IMG/VR virus record: IMGVR_UViG_3300025872_000063
Coordinates: 1-58,928 of that record
Direction: 5' to 3' (one strand)
Length of the DNA stretch: 58,928 bases
Source: a virus
Lineage: Duplodnaviria > Caudoviricetes
Part shown: positions 49,074 to 58,928 of the stretch, in pieces
How the letters are laid out: each line of letters begins with the position of its first letter
Numbering within the stretch: the stretch's first letter is position 1
Program-made: the position numbers and the translations under genes
The notes under the pieces: model-generated
Told to the model about the DNA's origin: nothing
What the model saw: the letters and a program-made list of their open reading frames with translations, nothing else
Database searches by the model: none

Positions 49074-49086
49074 ACGGCACATAAAC

Positions 49087-49605
49087 ATGGGAATGGATGT
49101 AGTTGGAATAGATCCCAGTTCGGAAGTCGGCAAATACTTCTATCGAAATGTCTGGAATTGGAACTGTCTCTGGACGTATTGCGAAGAAAGTCACCCAGAT
49201 GTTTGCTCAGACGTTCAATACGCATACAGCAACGTCGGCGACGGTCTGGACGCAAGTGATGCGGAGCAACTTGCTCGAGGACTGCTTTCTGACGTAAATT
49301 CGGGTGCAGCATACGAATACGTGACTAGCAGAAATCTTATCCTGTCTGCGGCGAAAAACAAAATATGCGGTCTATGCGACGGTACGGGAGTTCGGACAGA
49401 CGAAGTCGGAATTGATCTAGGGATGCCGCAGATGGAGTTAAACAGCGATCAAGTCGCCAAACTTGGCAGGAACTACGGCTGGTGCAACGGCTGTCGCGGT
49501 GAAGGCATGACGAACCTGTGGGAAAAGAACGGAAAGTTGGAAGTTGATGACATCGTTGAATTCGCTAGGTTTCTTGAATCAAGCGGTGGATTTAGCATTC
49601 AATGA
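49087..49605 (+). CDS. Conserved phage protein with DnaJ-like Cys motifs
   Basis: MGMDVVG..., CGLCDGTG, CNGCRGEG, FLESSGGF.I. Confidence 0.7.
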   Translation: MGMDVVGIDPSSEVGKYFYRNVWNWNCLWTYCEESHPDVCSDVQYAYSNVGDGLDASDAEQLARGLLSDVNSGAAYEYVTSRNLILSAAKNKICGLCDGTGVRTDEVGIDLGMPQMELNSDQVAKLGRNYGWCNGCRGEGMTNLWEKNGKLEVDDIVEFARFLESSGGFSIQ

Positions 49606-49846
49606 ATCCAGAAGACGAAAACACCGACTATAATTATGCAATTCACAGAAGTACTTGCAGTTCATTCGATGAAACATGCTACGGACAAGTTGAATTCCAT
49701 CTAATCGGAAAAAGTCCAGTAGCTCGAGCGCTCTGTGAACTTCATGCCGAACGCAGACGTGCTCTATTCAACACCGAATAGATTACCAAACTTAAAACTA
49801 AGAAGTGTACAATGTCCATACAACAACGACGACGATCGGAGAGACA

Positions 49847-50050
49847 GTGAAGGTTCATAATCATAGTTGGGCTGCGGTTTCAATGCTTGGGCAGTTCGTC
49901 AGCGCACTTCTCTGCGCGTTCGAGACCGCGAATGATCGCCCCATTCTTCTTGTTCCCACGGTCATTCTTGTCGCAACAGCGATTCTGACGTTTGCCGGCT
50001 GGGAGAAGCTCGAGCTGCGTTCTGAACTCGAGATCGAGAACGCGAAGTGA
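49847..50050 (+). CDS. Small membrane protein
   Basis: Two hydrophobic segments; promoter element at 49798. Confidence 0.55.
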   Translation: MKVHNHSWAAVSMLGQFVSALLCAFETANDRPILLVPTVILVATAILTFAGWEKLELRSELEIENAK

Positions 50051-50271
50051 CCGCTTCAAAAATTGAGATCAGTGCGGCAAAAACAGCCTCAAACCGCACA
50101 AAAAATCGTCTTCATGAGAATGGGGCAGTCTTTGAATTTGTAAGTCAAAGCACTCCTCCTGCGATGCAGAGTCCTAGCATCCTTGTTCGTTCTACAGAGA
50201 CCGGATGGTTCGGATGGTTTCCGTTGAACGAAATAACGTTTAAGCACGTTGAAGATGGAGCAGACGCGTGA
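50047..50271 (+). CDS. Hypothetical protein
   Basis: SNRTKNR..E.G...WFGW. Confidence 0.6.
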   Translation: MTASKIEISAAKTASNRTKNRLHENGAVFEFVSQSTPPAMQSPSILVRSTETGWFGWFPLNEITFKHVEDGADA

Positions 50272-50951
50272 GTGACCCAGTTTCAAGTAGCTACGGATTC
50301 GTTCGACTGGACGCACACATGGCAGATGATCTATCTGTCGTTAACTCGGCTCGCGTTTCATTCGCGAAACATACGGATACACTTGATATTGCGGACAAGG
50401 CACTCATCAATTTTCTTATGCGCGAACGCCACGGTACGCCATTCGAGCACAACGCGTTTCGCTTTCATGTCAAGTGTCCAATTTTTGTCGCTCGAGAATG
50501 GTTTCGCCACCGCATCGGCTCGTTTAACGAATTTAGCGCAAGATACTCCGTGATGCCGCCTGAGTTCTACATTCCAGAGGAGTCCGCGGTCAGACATCAA
50601 GTCGGCAAGCCCGGATCATACACTTTTGAAATGATCGAGGACTCAGCCACACGTGAAAACGCGCGGAGAGCAATGTCATCAGTGATTAAACAGTCAATTA
50701 GAATGTACAATTCTCTTTTGGCTGGCGGCATCGCAAAAGAGTTAGCTAGAAACGTTCTCCCAGTGTCGATGTACACTCAATTTTATTGGACTGTAAATTC
50801 ACGGTCACTGATGAATTTTCTTCAACTACGGTCTTCTGACGCGGCTCAATACGAAATTCGTCAGTATGCTGTTGATATTGAAAAGCATTTTGCGGAAATC
50901 ATGCCGATAACCTACTCCTCATGGATCGACAACGGCAGAGTCACACCATAA
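50268..50951 (+). CDS. thyX: FAD-dependent thymidylate synthase
   Basis: H.TPFEH, REWFRHRIGSFNEFSARY, ELARNVLP, LR...AQYEIR. Confidence 0.95.
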   Translation: MSDPVSSSYGFVRLDAHMADDLSVVNSARVSFAKHTDTLDIADKALINFLMRERHGTPFEHNAFRFHVKCPIFVAREWFRHRIGSFNEFSARYSVMPPEFYIPEESAVRHQVGKPGSYTFEMIEDSATRENARRAMSSVIKQSIRMYNSLLAGGIAKELARNVLPVSMYTQFYWTVNSRSLMNFLQLRSSDAAQYEIRQYAVDIEKHFAEIMPITYSSWIDNGRVTP

Positions 50952-51133
50952 TTAATTCATGCAAAAAGTAGTACACACGCCGAAAGGAGGTATGATGCGG
51001 TTCAATATTGAAATTGTAAACAGCGTTGCGGCCATCGCAACGGCTTTGACTGTGTTCCTTCTCGGAGGACTTGCAATCGCAAATAAGCGATTAAAGTAAG
51101 TAAACTAAAATAGGAATAATGATTGTTTAGTTT

Positions 51134-51199
51134 GGCATCTGTTAGGCACTTAGTAGAAAGCCTGCGGCACTTAGTAGAAAGCTGCGCTCATCAGATGCT
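51134..51199 (+). ncRNA. Small three-way structure with two identical 12-nt loops
   Basis: GGCATCTG/CAGATGCT encloses AGGC-ACTTAGTAGAAA-GCCT and GCGGC-ACTTAGTAGAAA-GCTGC. Confidence 0.45.
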
Positions 51200-51284
51200 T
51201 TTATGTTAGTAATTGAAGAGTTGCCGCTTCATATAATCGGTCTGGCCCGGACCGTACGGTAACAGGGCATCTACACTACAAAGG

Positions 51285-51653
51285 ATGAGAATGACAACGA
51301 CGCCATACGACCCGCTGACTGTCATCGAGTCTGCCTTCCTTGAATTTGTTGAACGCGGACTGCTTGACAAGCACCTTGAGACCTATAAAAAGACAATTGA
51401 TTCTCGTCTACTCTTGCTTCGAAAGTCAAGAGATGTTGACGATTTTGAAATCGGAGATACGGTACGTTTCAACGATTTTTGCGGTACAGCGTATCTGCGC
51501 GGTCTAACTGCCAGTGTTGTCGGAATTGATAAGTCAAAGCTCATCGTGAAACTTTTGGTCCCAGTCGGAAGATTTATCAGGGTCGTAAACGGTATAACTG
51601 AATCAGCAGAGATCCGCGTCCCTCCGTCCATTGTCGATCGCTTGGCGGTTTAA
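51285..51653 (+). CDS. Hypothetical protein (SH3/KOW-like C-terminus)
   Basis: FEIGDTVRF...YLRG.TA.VV. Confidence 0.65.
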   Translation: MRMTTTPYDPLTVIESAFLEFVERGLLDKHLETYKKTIDSRLLLLRKSRDVDDFEIGDTVRFNDFCGTAYLRGLTASVVGIDKSKLIVKLLVPVGRFIRVVNGITESAEIRVPPSIVDRLAV

Positions 51654-51913
51654 TGATTCACTCACACTCTAAACCGACCTGGATGCGGATCGCTGCCTGT
51701 GTTGACGCCGAAAACGTTGACATATTCTTCGACGAAACGCACCGAAAGAAAGTAAACGCTGCAAAGAAAATTTGCAGAGCCTGCCCGTCAATGCAGCAGT
51801 GCCTGGAGTACGCGATCAGACATCAGGAGCACGGCGTTTGGGGAGCAACGACTACGAATGAACGCGCAAAATTTATGCGCGCTACTCGCCGTATAGCACA
51901 ATCTACTGATTAA
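51653..51913 (+). CDS. whiB: WhiB family transcription factor
   Basis: W...AAC...FF...AK.IC..CP....CLEYA...GVWG.T...ER. Confidence 0.9.
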   Translation: MIHSHSKPTWMRIAACVDAENVDIFFDETHRKKVNAAKKICRACPSMQQCLEYAIRHQEHGVWGATTTNERAKFMRATRRIAQSTD

Positions 51914-52410
51914 ACGTGTAGTATTGTGACCTCTTGTGAAAACGCGTAAAGAAATCGAACCTCCTTCATCGTGGAAGTGTCCACTGTGCGATAACGCGAC
52001 TACGGTATACGTTGTTTTGGACTATCCACCAGCGTGTCAATCAAAACGTCATCGCGGCAAAATCGTGGATATGGAAAGGCGCACGAGTAAAAAATGAGAT
52101 TTATGCGGTATGCAATTTTTCCGATCGCTATTGCGGTAACAGTTGTCGCTGTTCTCGAAGCAATGTGGAAAACAGTCAGAGACGAGATCACAAATGACGA
52201 CACGGGTATTTCAACTCTCTTAGGAGTCGTTCATCCGCACGCCGAAAAGAAAATCTGAGAAGTATACAATGATGTTTACTTATTGATTTTCAATGGGTAT
52301 ATTGAGATTGAAAAGAAATGACAGCACTAATCAACGAAACAGTCATGCTTTTCGCAGCTGCACGGCAGCAATTAGACAGCGACCAATTAACATATGAGAA
52401 AGCACAACAA

Positions 52411-52740
52411 ATGAACAACGAAAATACAAATGTCCTCGAGCACGCAGTGGCTGAAGATCTTGCGAATTCGACTTTCGTAAACACGATTGCTCATGAAATC
52501 GCGGATCAGCAGTCTGTCCAGCCTGTTCAGCCTGCTGCGGTGATGGCGTCTATCGCAACACCGGAAGCAGCTGGCACACTGTACGCCGCAGGCAAGACCG
52601 TCATCGAGGTTTCTCGTGAACTCGGAGTCACGTACGCGAAGGCGACAAAGCTCATCAAGACGAGCGGTACCACTATCAGGAATGCGTCTGACCGGCTAAA
52701 GGGACGTACTCGCGGCTCCAAGAAGTCGATCAGTGCCTGA
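52411..52740 (+). CDS. HTH domain protein
   Basis: LYAAGKTVIEVSRELGVTY......SGT.IR. Confidence 0.7.
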   Translation: MNNENTNVLEHAVAEDLANSTFVNTIAHEIADQQSVQPVQPAAVMASIATPEAAGTLYAAGKTVIEVSRELGVTYAKATKLIKTSGTTIRNASDRLKGRTRGSKKSISA

Positions 52741-52937
52741 TTGGTTTAGCAGACTTCGTCAGATAGTCTGGCCAGCTGTTTTCGCGGTAGTCATCGGATG
52801 TTTTTCGGTGGCTACCGCGTTCAGCGGATCATCAGCAGAGATCGCTATTTCGACATCAGGACTAGCGGTAGTCTTTGCACTTCTGGCGCCAAAAGAAACC
52901 TGATATTGTCAGTATGCAACAGTGAAAGGTAGCTGAC

Positions 52938-53135
52938 ATGGAGCCAGAGATCTACAAGATCACGACCATCAATGATGATGGCGTCGAGATCGTTGACTAT
53001 GTTCTTCCGCAATTTAAGCGCATGTTTAAAAAGATGATGGCAGAAGAATACGGTAACGCCGAAGAAGAAGGAATGATGCTCGCGGACGCTCCGCAAGCAG
53101 TGCAAGAAGCTGTAAAGTTACGTCTAAACACGTAA
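52938..53135 (+). CDS. Hypothetical protein
   Basis: GAAAGG RBS. Confidence 0.6.
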   Translation: MEPEIYKITTINDDGVEIVDYVLPQFKRMFKKMMAEEYGNAEEEGMMLADAPQAVQEAVKLRLNT

Positions 53136-53180
53136 CAGCAAGATTTTATATAAAACAACGACGTAAAACGGAGAGACACT

Positions 53181-53510
53181 ATGTGGGTATTTACTCAAGA
53201 CGGATTTATTAGCGCGGTTGATAACAACCAGATGCCTGGGAAGTTGACTGTCCGCGCTCGAGACCGTAAGTCACTTGAACTGTTGAGTGATGTAACCGGT
53301 TCTGCGATTATTGAACTTCCTAACCGCGACTACGAATATCGCGTGTATGTGACGCGGGATGACTTCGCGTCATTTTTGGTTTCGCACGTTGATCATCTCG
53401 ACTACAGTAATTTCAAGAATCGTATCTGGGACACGCGAGGCGAGGTCTATCATGACGCGTGCTCCGATGTTTGGGGCGCCATGCTTCAAGTCTCCGACAA
53501 GCGCCGCTGA
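53181..53510 (+). CDS. Conserved phage hypothetical protein
   Basis: MW.FT..GFISAV, VRAR, DY.YR, DY.NFK. Confidence 0.75.
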   Translation: MWVFTQDGFISAVDNNQMPGKLTVRARDRKSLELLSDVTGSAIIELPNRDYEYRVYVTRDDFASFLVSHVDHLDYSNFKNRIWDTRGEVYHDACSDVWGAMLQVSDKRR

Positions 53511-53609
53511 GTTTAATAGCCAGGACTCTGCTTAAAGCGCCACTAACTAGACAGTACTAATGTCCTGCGGTTGACACATATAGGTGGATAAAAAGTATAT
53601 ATTTCATCT

Positions 53610-53924
53610 ATGGAAAACGAGCAACTGGAGTCCTCGCGAGAGCCATCAGCAAGCAGTGACATGCAGTCAATTGTCATTGCCTACGTTTGTTGGAAAGACG
53701 CTCACGCGGACTCCGGATGGATGCGCGTTGGTGATGTCGAAGACGTACCATACATCGTGCATACGGTTGGCCTTCTTGTCAAAAACATGAAAAGTGGTCA
53801 TATATCAGTAGCGCAGAGCTTTGGCGCTGAAGAAGGTCTCGTTGACTATGTCTTACACATTCCGTATGAAATGGTTGACTCAGTTCAATACATCGAGATC
53901 GGTGACGTTTTTTCAGTCAAATAG
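53610..53924 (+). CDS. Hypothetical protein
   Basis: V.W.DA...GW...TVG.L...IP..MV. Confidence 0.65.
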   Translation: MENEQLESSREPSASSDMQSIVIAYVCWKDAHADSGWMRVGDVEDVPYIVHTVGLLVKNMKSGHISVAQSFGAEEGLVDYVLHIPYEMVDSVQYIEIGDVFSVK

Positions 53925-53939
53925 TTATACAATTCGTTT

Positions 53940-54722
53940 GTGGACAGAGACTTTGACACGACAGCCTTACGTGAATCGCTATTCGAAGGTCGTCTCCATC
54001 GCGATTACCTAGCCCATGTCTTCAGATGGGGATGGGCAACGCGGTACATCAACGACAGCAAAGCCAAAAGAGTTCTCGAGCCAGGTTGTGGAGCGGACGC
54101 ACAGTTGGCTCGAACATTTGTTCGACTGCCTGGCCCAAACTTCAGACCAGAGTATTATCTCGGACTTGACCTCAACTCGATACCGTTCGCAAAAAAGATG
54201 CGACCTGACACGGTGTTTGCTAGAAAAATTCAACTACGTGAAAAGTTTAACTTCGTTGAGCGCTGGCGCGAACTTTCAGTTGAATTTGGCCAATCGTTTG
54301 ATCTTGCTGTATCATTCGAAGTTATTGAACATATGACTCTTGAGCATGGACATGAATATCTTGCGGGAATCAATGCGCTACTTCCAGTAGGTGGAACACT
54401 TATTCTATCAACGCCAGTTTTTAATGGTAGCGCAGCAAAAAATCATGTACACGAGTACACCGTAGGCGAGCTGGATCAATTGATGCTGTCCTGTGGATTT
54501 GAGCACGTTGACCGATTTGGAACATTTGCTTCATTCAACGACATCAAACGAGCAGTCAAAGAGTCAAGTGATCCAGTAAAACTCTCGATGTTCGAGGCGT
54601 ACGAGAGAGCAAGACAATTTTACGGTGATGAGGTTCTTGCCTGCTTTCTAGCTCCACTGTTTCCAGATCATTCGCGCAACAATGTCTGGATCAGAAAAAA
54701 GTCTACCGATATCTTTAGATAG
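53940..54722 (+). CDS. Class I SAM-dependent methyltransferase
   Basis: VLEPGCG, FD...SFEVIEH, GG.LILSTP, NHVHEY. Confidence 0.85.
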   Translation: MDRDFDTTALRESLFEGRLHRDYLAHVFRWGWATRYINDSKAKRVLEPGCGADAQLARTFVRLPGPNFRPEYYLGLDLNSIPFAKKMRPDTVFARKIQLREKFNFVERWRELSVEFGQSFDLAVSFEVIEHMTLEHGHEYLAGINALLPVGGTLILSTPVFNGSAAKNHVHEYTVGELDQLMLSCGFEHVDRFGTFASFNDIKRAVKESSDPVKLSMFEAYERARQFYGDEVLACFLAPLFPDHSRNNVWIRKKSTDIFR

Positions 54723-54734
54723 TGAGGATCAACA

Positions 54735-55019
54735 GTGCCGTCAAAGAAGACAACAAGAGTCGCCCCGAATGGGACACCGCTAGTTCGCCGTAACGGCGGT
54801 GCGCATATCGCGCTGATGATTATGAAATCCGCAAGAACTCCCGTTACTCTCGATGATATGACTGAGATCAGTCCCCACAAATTGAGTTCAACCCACCGAA
54901 AGACGTATGTAAACAGACTCGTCGAGTGCGGATACGCAACTGTCATTGATGGTTCGCCAACGCGATACGCGCTCACTGACAGCGGTCTTGCTAAGATATA
55001 CGAACTCGCTATCCAATAG
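54735..55019 (+). CDS. Winged-helix-like protein
   Basis: VNRLVECGY......YALTDSG. Confidence 0.55.
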   Translation: MPSKKTTRVAPNGTPLVRRNGGAHIALMIMKSARTPVTLDDMTEISPHKLSSTHRKTYVNRLVECGYATVIDGSPTRYALTDSGLAKIYELAIQ

Positions 55020-55056
55020 AATCATACTCTCGAGCCCCGAGATAGAATAACTATCT

Positions 55057-56484
55057 ATGGGAAAGAGTATGATGGAGCAGATCGCGATGCTCCCTAAGGA
55101 AGAACAAGACGCGATACTCAGCGGACTAGACATGGAAGCCCTCGTTTGGGACTGGAATGTTTGGGCGCGACCGGAGCAATTACCTCCAAAAAACGACGAT
55201 TGGTCGATATGGCTATACCTCGCCGGACGTGGCGCAGGAAAGACAAGAGCCGCTGCGGAATGGATACGCGATAAGGCGAAGGACACGTCGCAAGGACAGT
55301 TGCGGTTTGCCTTAATTGCACGTACAGCCGCTGACGTACGTGACGTTATCGTTGAAGGTGAGAGCGGTATAATTAATGTTTCTGCGCCTAGCGAACGTCC
55401 GCACTACGAACCGTCTAAGAGACGGCTAACCTGGCCTAACGGAAACACAGCCACCTGCTTTACAGCTGACGAGCCAGATGGTCTACGTGGTCCACAGTTT
55501 CATTACGCCTGGTGCGACGAGGTTGCTGCATGGAGACAGAGTCCAGACGCCGCAGGCATGACCTCGTGGGACAACGCGCGCGTAGCTTGCCGTCTTGGTA
55601 GGTCTCCGCAGATCATCTGTACGACAACACCCAAGCGGGTACCAATGTTGTATGCTCTAATTTCTGAATCCGAAAAAACTGGTCGCGTCGTGATTTCACG
55701 CGGATCAACTTTGGATAATGCTGGAAACCTATCAAGCGTCTACCTAGACGCGATCACTGGAGTATACGCAGGTACACGGTTAGCTGCTCAAGAACTATAT
55801 GGCGAAATGCTTTCAGACGTCGAGGGAGCACTCTGGACTGATGAACTAATAGGACGCTTTCGTGAAACAGCATTTCCAATTGGCGCGCCTCTTAGAGTTG
55901 TCGGTGTAGATCCATCAGTTGCTGAAAATCCAAGAGACGAGTGCGGTATCGTCGTGTGCGCATCTACAGCAGAACGCGATCTCTATCGAAGAAACGCTTG
56001 GGTTCTAGAGGACGCAACAGTACACGGTTCGCCAGAGCAATGGGCAAACGCTGTCGTCGCGATGGCAAGAAAGTACAGTTGTCCTGTTGTTGCTGAAGTG
56101 AACCAAGGCGGCGCTCTAGTGACAAACGCTATTTTAGCGATAGACCCGAACATCAAGGTTCTTGAGGTCCACTCGAAACACGGTAAGGCACTACGTGCAG
56201 AACCAGTAACGCTTGCATACGAGCAAGGTCGTGTACATCATGTCAACTACCTAGCTGATCTCGAATCACAGATGATCTCATGGATACCTGGAGAAGGAAA
56301 GTCTCCTGACAGGGTTGATGCTCTCGTTCATGCACTGACAGCGCTTCTCATAAAGCCTCCACCTGGATTCGTCGGTGGACAGATCACAGCTAAGTCAGTG
56401 GCGGCTAGACGTCTTCCGTCATTTAGAGGATCAAATGGTGGCAATAACGGAAGAGGCGGAGCACGAATTTTCAACCCGAGATAG
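55057..56484 (+). CDS. terL: Terminase large subunit
   Basis: AGRGAGKT Walker A, LRGPQF..AWCDE, TTTP, QEL.GE, VGVDP and SPDRVDALV nuclease motifs. Confidence 0.93.
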   Translation: MGKSMMEQIAMLPKEEQDAILSGLDMEALVWDWNVWARPEQLPPKNDDWSIWLYLAGRGAGKTRAAAEWIRDKAKDTSQGQLRFALIARTAADVRDVIVEGESGIINVSAPSERPHYEPSKRRLTWPNGNTATCFTADEPDGLRGPQFHYAWCDEVAAWRQSPDAAGMTSWDNARVACRLGRSPQIICTTTPKRVPMLYALISESEKTGRVVISRGSTLDNAGNLSSVYLDAITGVYAGTRLAAQELYGEMLSDVEGALWTDELIGRFRETAFPIGAPLRVVGVDPSVAENPRDECGIVVCASTAERDLYRRNAWVLEDATVHGSPEQWANAVVAMARKYSCPVVAEVNQGGALVTNAILAIDPNIKVLEVHSKHGKALRAEPVTLAYEQGRVHHVNYLADLESQMISWIPGEGKSPDRVDALVHALTALLIKPPPGFVGGQITAKSVAARRLPSFRGSNGGNNGRGGARIFNPR

Positions 56485-56525
56485 GGAGATGTTTAGTGGG
56501 GTAGAGTCAGTAATGATTCGTAGTT

Positions 56526-57929
56526 TTGTTTGAAAACATGAACGGGAGAACAATGCCACCAAACGATAGCGTTTCTTCAGTAGTTCTAGATCAGACAGAA
56601 ACTAAAACAAGGTCTCGAGTTGTAATTGATACATCTGTATTTATAGCTGATCCGTACTGCATATACGGTATAGACAGCGCTGAAATCGTTATACCACTTG
56701 TCGTAATCGAAGAACTTGACAGTCTAAAATCAAGAAATGACGACACTGGAAGATCGGCAAGATCAGCTCTACGACTGATAGAAGATATACGTACAGCAGC
56801 TGGAGGATCGTTATCACGATCAACAGCCATATCAGATGTACAGAATAGTTCAGTTCTAAGAATAGAAGTCAGTAAAATTGATAATTCAATATTGATAGAC
56901 CATGGACTTGATCAATATACTGCTGACAATAAGATCATCGCAACAGCAATTAATCAATCAAAATACGGATATACGTCGATTATTTCAAACGATGCTGCAT
57001 TACGGATAAAAGCTTCACATCTTGGAATACCTGCTAGGGAGCATCTTCCAGCTCGAGTAGACAGAGATAGAAAGAATCCAGGATGGACAACTATCGAGTT
57101 AGATAGTCTATCGATAGATAGACTACATTCAGACGGTATACTCAACGATTCAGAATTTTTAGACGATCTTCAACTGATAAATAATGAATTTGTTGTAGCA
57201 AAATCTGGAAATAAATCGGCTCTGGCGAGATATCAGTCAAACAATTTAATGCGTCTTTCTCATGTGGCACCGGACGCTTGGGGCCTCAGACCTCGTTCAA
57301 AAGAACAGCGATTTGCATTAGACCTATTGCTCGACCAATCTGTACAAGTTATCGCCCTCGACGGAAGAGCAGGCACCGGTAAAACAATTGTTGCGGTAGC
57401 AGCAGGACTCGAGCAGGTCGTCGAGAAAAAGCTATATGAACGTTTATCTATATATAGACCACTCGTTCCAATATCAAATTCTGATGTAGGCTTTCTTCCG
57501 GGAGATCTAAGCGAAAAACTAGATCCATGGATGTCTGCAATATATGACGCAATAGTAGCTCTAACAGACGGACAATCTAAAGTAGGGGCGCAGTCAATGA
57601 TTGATGAACTTCTTACCAGAGAAAAACTCACACTTGAAAGTGTAACATTTTTACGCGGTAGATCGCTTCATCGACAGTTTATTATTGTCGATGAAGCCCA
57701 GAACCTAGAACCAACTACTCTAAAAACTATACTTACACGAGTAGGTGAAGGTAGTAAAATAGTGTTTACTGGAGATACGACACAGATAGATGCTCCGTAT
57801 CTTGGAGAATCAAATAATGCATTAGCTGTTTTAATCAATGCTTTTGCAGATCAGGAATGTTTTGGCCATGTAATGTTGTCGACATGCGAACGCAGTGAAG
57901 TGGCGAAGCTTGCGGCAGAGCTACTCTAA
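56526..57929 (+). CDS. phoH: PhoH family ATPase with N-terminal PIN domain
   Basis: VIDTSV, EELD, DNKII, SND (PIN); GRAGTGKT, GFLPG, LRGRS, DEAQN, GD..QID. Confidence 0.9.
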   Translation: MFENMNGRTMPPNDSVSSVVLDQTETKTRSRVVIDTSVFIADPYCIYGIDSAEIVIPLVVIEELDSLKSRNDDTGRSARSALRLIEDIRTAAGGSLSRSTAISDVQNSSVLRIEVSKIDNSILIDHGLDQYTADNKIIATAINQSKYGYTSIISNDAALRIKASHLGIPAREHLPARVDRDRKNPGWTTIELDSLSIDRLHSDGILNDSEFLDDLQLINNEFVVAKSGNKSALARYQSNNLMRLSHVAPDAWGLRPRSKEQRFALDLLLDQSVQVIALDGRAGTGKTIVAVAAGLEQVVEKKLYERLSIYRPLVPISNSDVGFLPGDLSEKLDPWMSAIYDAIVALTDGQSKVGAQSMIDELLTREKLTLESVTFLRGRSLHRQFIIVDEAQNLEPTTLKTILTRVGEGSKIVFTGDTTQIDAPYLGESNNALAVLINAFADQECFGHVMLSTCERSEVAKLAAELL

Positions 57930-57972
57930 AATCTAAATATAATAATAATTGTAGATTGACAGGAGAAATAGA

Positions 57973-58425
57973 ATGAAGGATGAAATCCAGAGCCAGACTG
58001 AAAACAAGAACATTGAAGCGGGTGATGGAGATCTAAACGCTGCGGCGTCAGATGCGAGTCAAATACACACTGACGCTGTAGACGAAAAGATTGCTGCAAA
58101 ACCCCAGTCAAATAAGAAGCGGCCAGCATCGCCTCTTGGTCAAGCTGTTAGCGGTAACTCTACAGATACGGTTAGATTATCTGCAATCGTATTTAAAAAC
58201 CTGTATGCAAAGAAGTCTCTCTCAGTCCATCATCTACAGCGCAGGCTGGGAGAACTTGGCTATTATGATGCCTGGTCAGACATTAACGGGTGGTACGGTG
58301 ATCTCACCAAAACGTCGATTAGCGCGTACCAGAAGGACTACGGAATTGCGGGTGATGGTGAGATAAATATGGAAACTCTAGAGTCTCTGTTTATTGACGA
58401 TGGAAACGTAGAAGTTGCGGAATAA
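57973..58425 (+). CDS. Peptidoglycan-binding domain protein
   Basis: V..LQRRL.ELGY.....G.YG.LT...I.AYQ...GI..DG. Confidence 0.7.
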   Translation: MKDEIQSQTENKNIEAGDGDLNAAASDASQIHTDAVDEKIAAKPQSNKKRPASPLGQAVSGNSTDTVRLSAIVFKNLYAKKSLSVHHLQRRLGELGYYDAWSDINGWYGDLTKTSISAYQKDYGIAGDGEINMETLESLFIDDGNVEVAE

Positions 58426-58449
58426 CTAAAAGTTATACTTTTTACAGCT

Positions 58450-58487
58450 ATACAGAAAAGGCACCCTTGCGGGTGCCTTTTCTGTAT
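58450..58487. terminator. Intrinsic terminator
   Basis: ATACAGAAAAGGCACCC-TTGC-GGGTGCCTTTTCTGTAT. Confidence 0.85.
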
Positions 58488-58779
58488 TTGCGCTCCTGGC
58501 GTCGTCTGCGCGGACAGATGTCTAGTCTATGCGGTGAAAGGCTAGTTAACTAGTAGCGGGTTGTCAAGTGCGGCTGCGCAGACCAGCCGGCACATTCATC
58601 AATGCGGCCAAACTAATAAACCTTCGAGTACCTTTGTGACTACGTGCAGACGCTTGTTTGCGCATTGATCCATCTATGCGGCTAAGCGGCTAAGCGGCAG
58701 AAATTTGACATGGTTCAAACAGTGGGACAGCGGGTCAACAGGTCAAGCGGGACGGCAGGTCAGCTAGACGACTGGTGAG

Positions 58780-58928
58780 ACCAACCAACCAACCAACCAA
58801 CCAACCAACCAACCAACCAACCAACCAACCAACCAACCAACCAACCAACCAACCAACCAACTACTAGCCAGCCAGCCAGCCAGCTAGCACTGGCCAACCA
58901 ACCAACCAACCAACCAACCAACTACTAG
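58780..58928. repeat. (CCAA)n / (CCAG)n simple-sequence tract
   Basis: About 20 CCAA units, then CTACTAG(CCAG)4, further CCAA units and CTACTAG up to the window end. Confidence 0.9.

Noticed and set aside
51215-51265. Purine riboswitch suggested by CATATAATC
   Set aside because: The other conserved elements of that aptamer are missing.
53515-53590. Possible HDV-like or twister ribozyme (CAGGAC/GTCCTG stem)
   Set aside because: Could not fit the conserved core; only one short stem is supported.

Overview
This window looks like part of a large tailed phage genome with an actinobacterial host. Two WhiB genes, a DUF3039 gene, leaderless genes and an amidase C-terminal domain typical of Acidimicrobiia point to that host group. 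The left arm (1-20 kb) carries a collagen-like fibre gene that runs off the left edge, a paralogous tail protein, an amidase, a metallophosphoesterase, a primase-helicase, a serine recombinase, tRNA-Gly, GT8, an SLT transglycosylase, a C1 peptidase, a methyltransferase, Fpg/Nei, class II RNR, WhiB and a thermonuclease. 20.8-22.9 kb is a chain of translationally coupled mini-genes with shared ends. 24.6-29.8 kb has a GT-like gene, three more tRNAs (Ile-UAU, Arg-UCU, Thr-UGU), a holin, a possible TerS and a degenerate CHAP protein. The most striking part is 30-47 kb, an array of about 48 cassettes, each opened by the same element (CTGAG-N5-TATAAT, often followed by CAACGAxGAAAGGAC). This element acts as promoter and RBS and often also supplies the stop codon of the upstream gene. 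Most cassettes carry a tiny acidic or Cys-rich ORF, and there is also a MoxR-vWA pair. Five cassettes and one 3-prime region carry structured non-coding RNAs instead: two paralogous ~280-nt rod-shaped RNAs (possibly Ms1/6S-like), a ~565-nt multi-domain RNA, a ~320-nt pseudoknot-rich region and two ~160-nt RNAs. The right arm encodes ThyX, a second WhiB, a methyltransferase, TerL, PIN-PhoH and a PG-binding protein, and ends in a (CCAA)n tract. All calls come from reading the sequence by eye; no searches were run.
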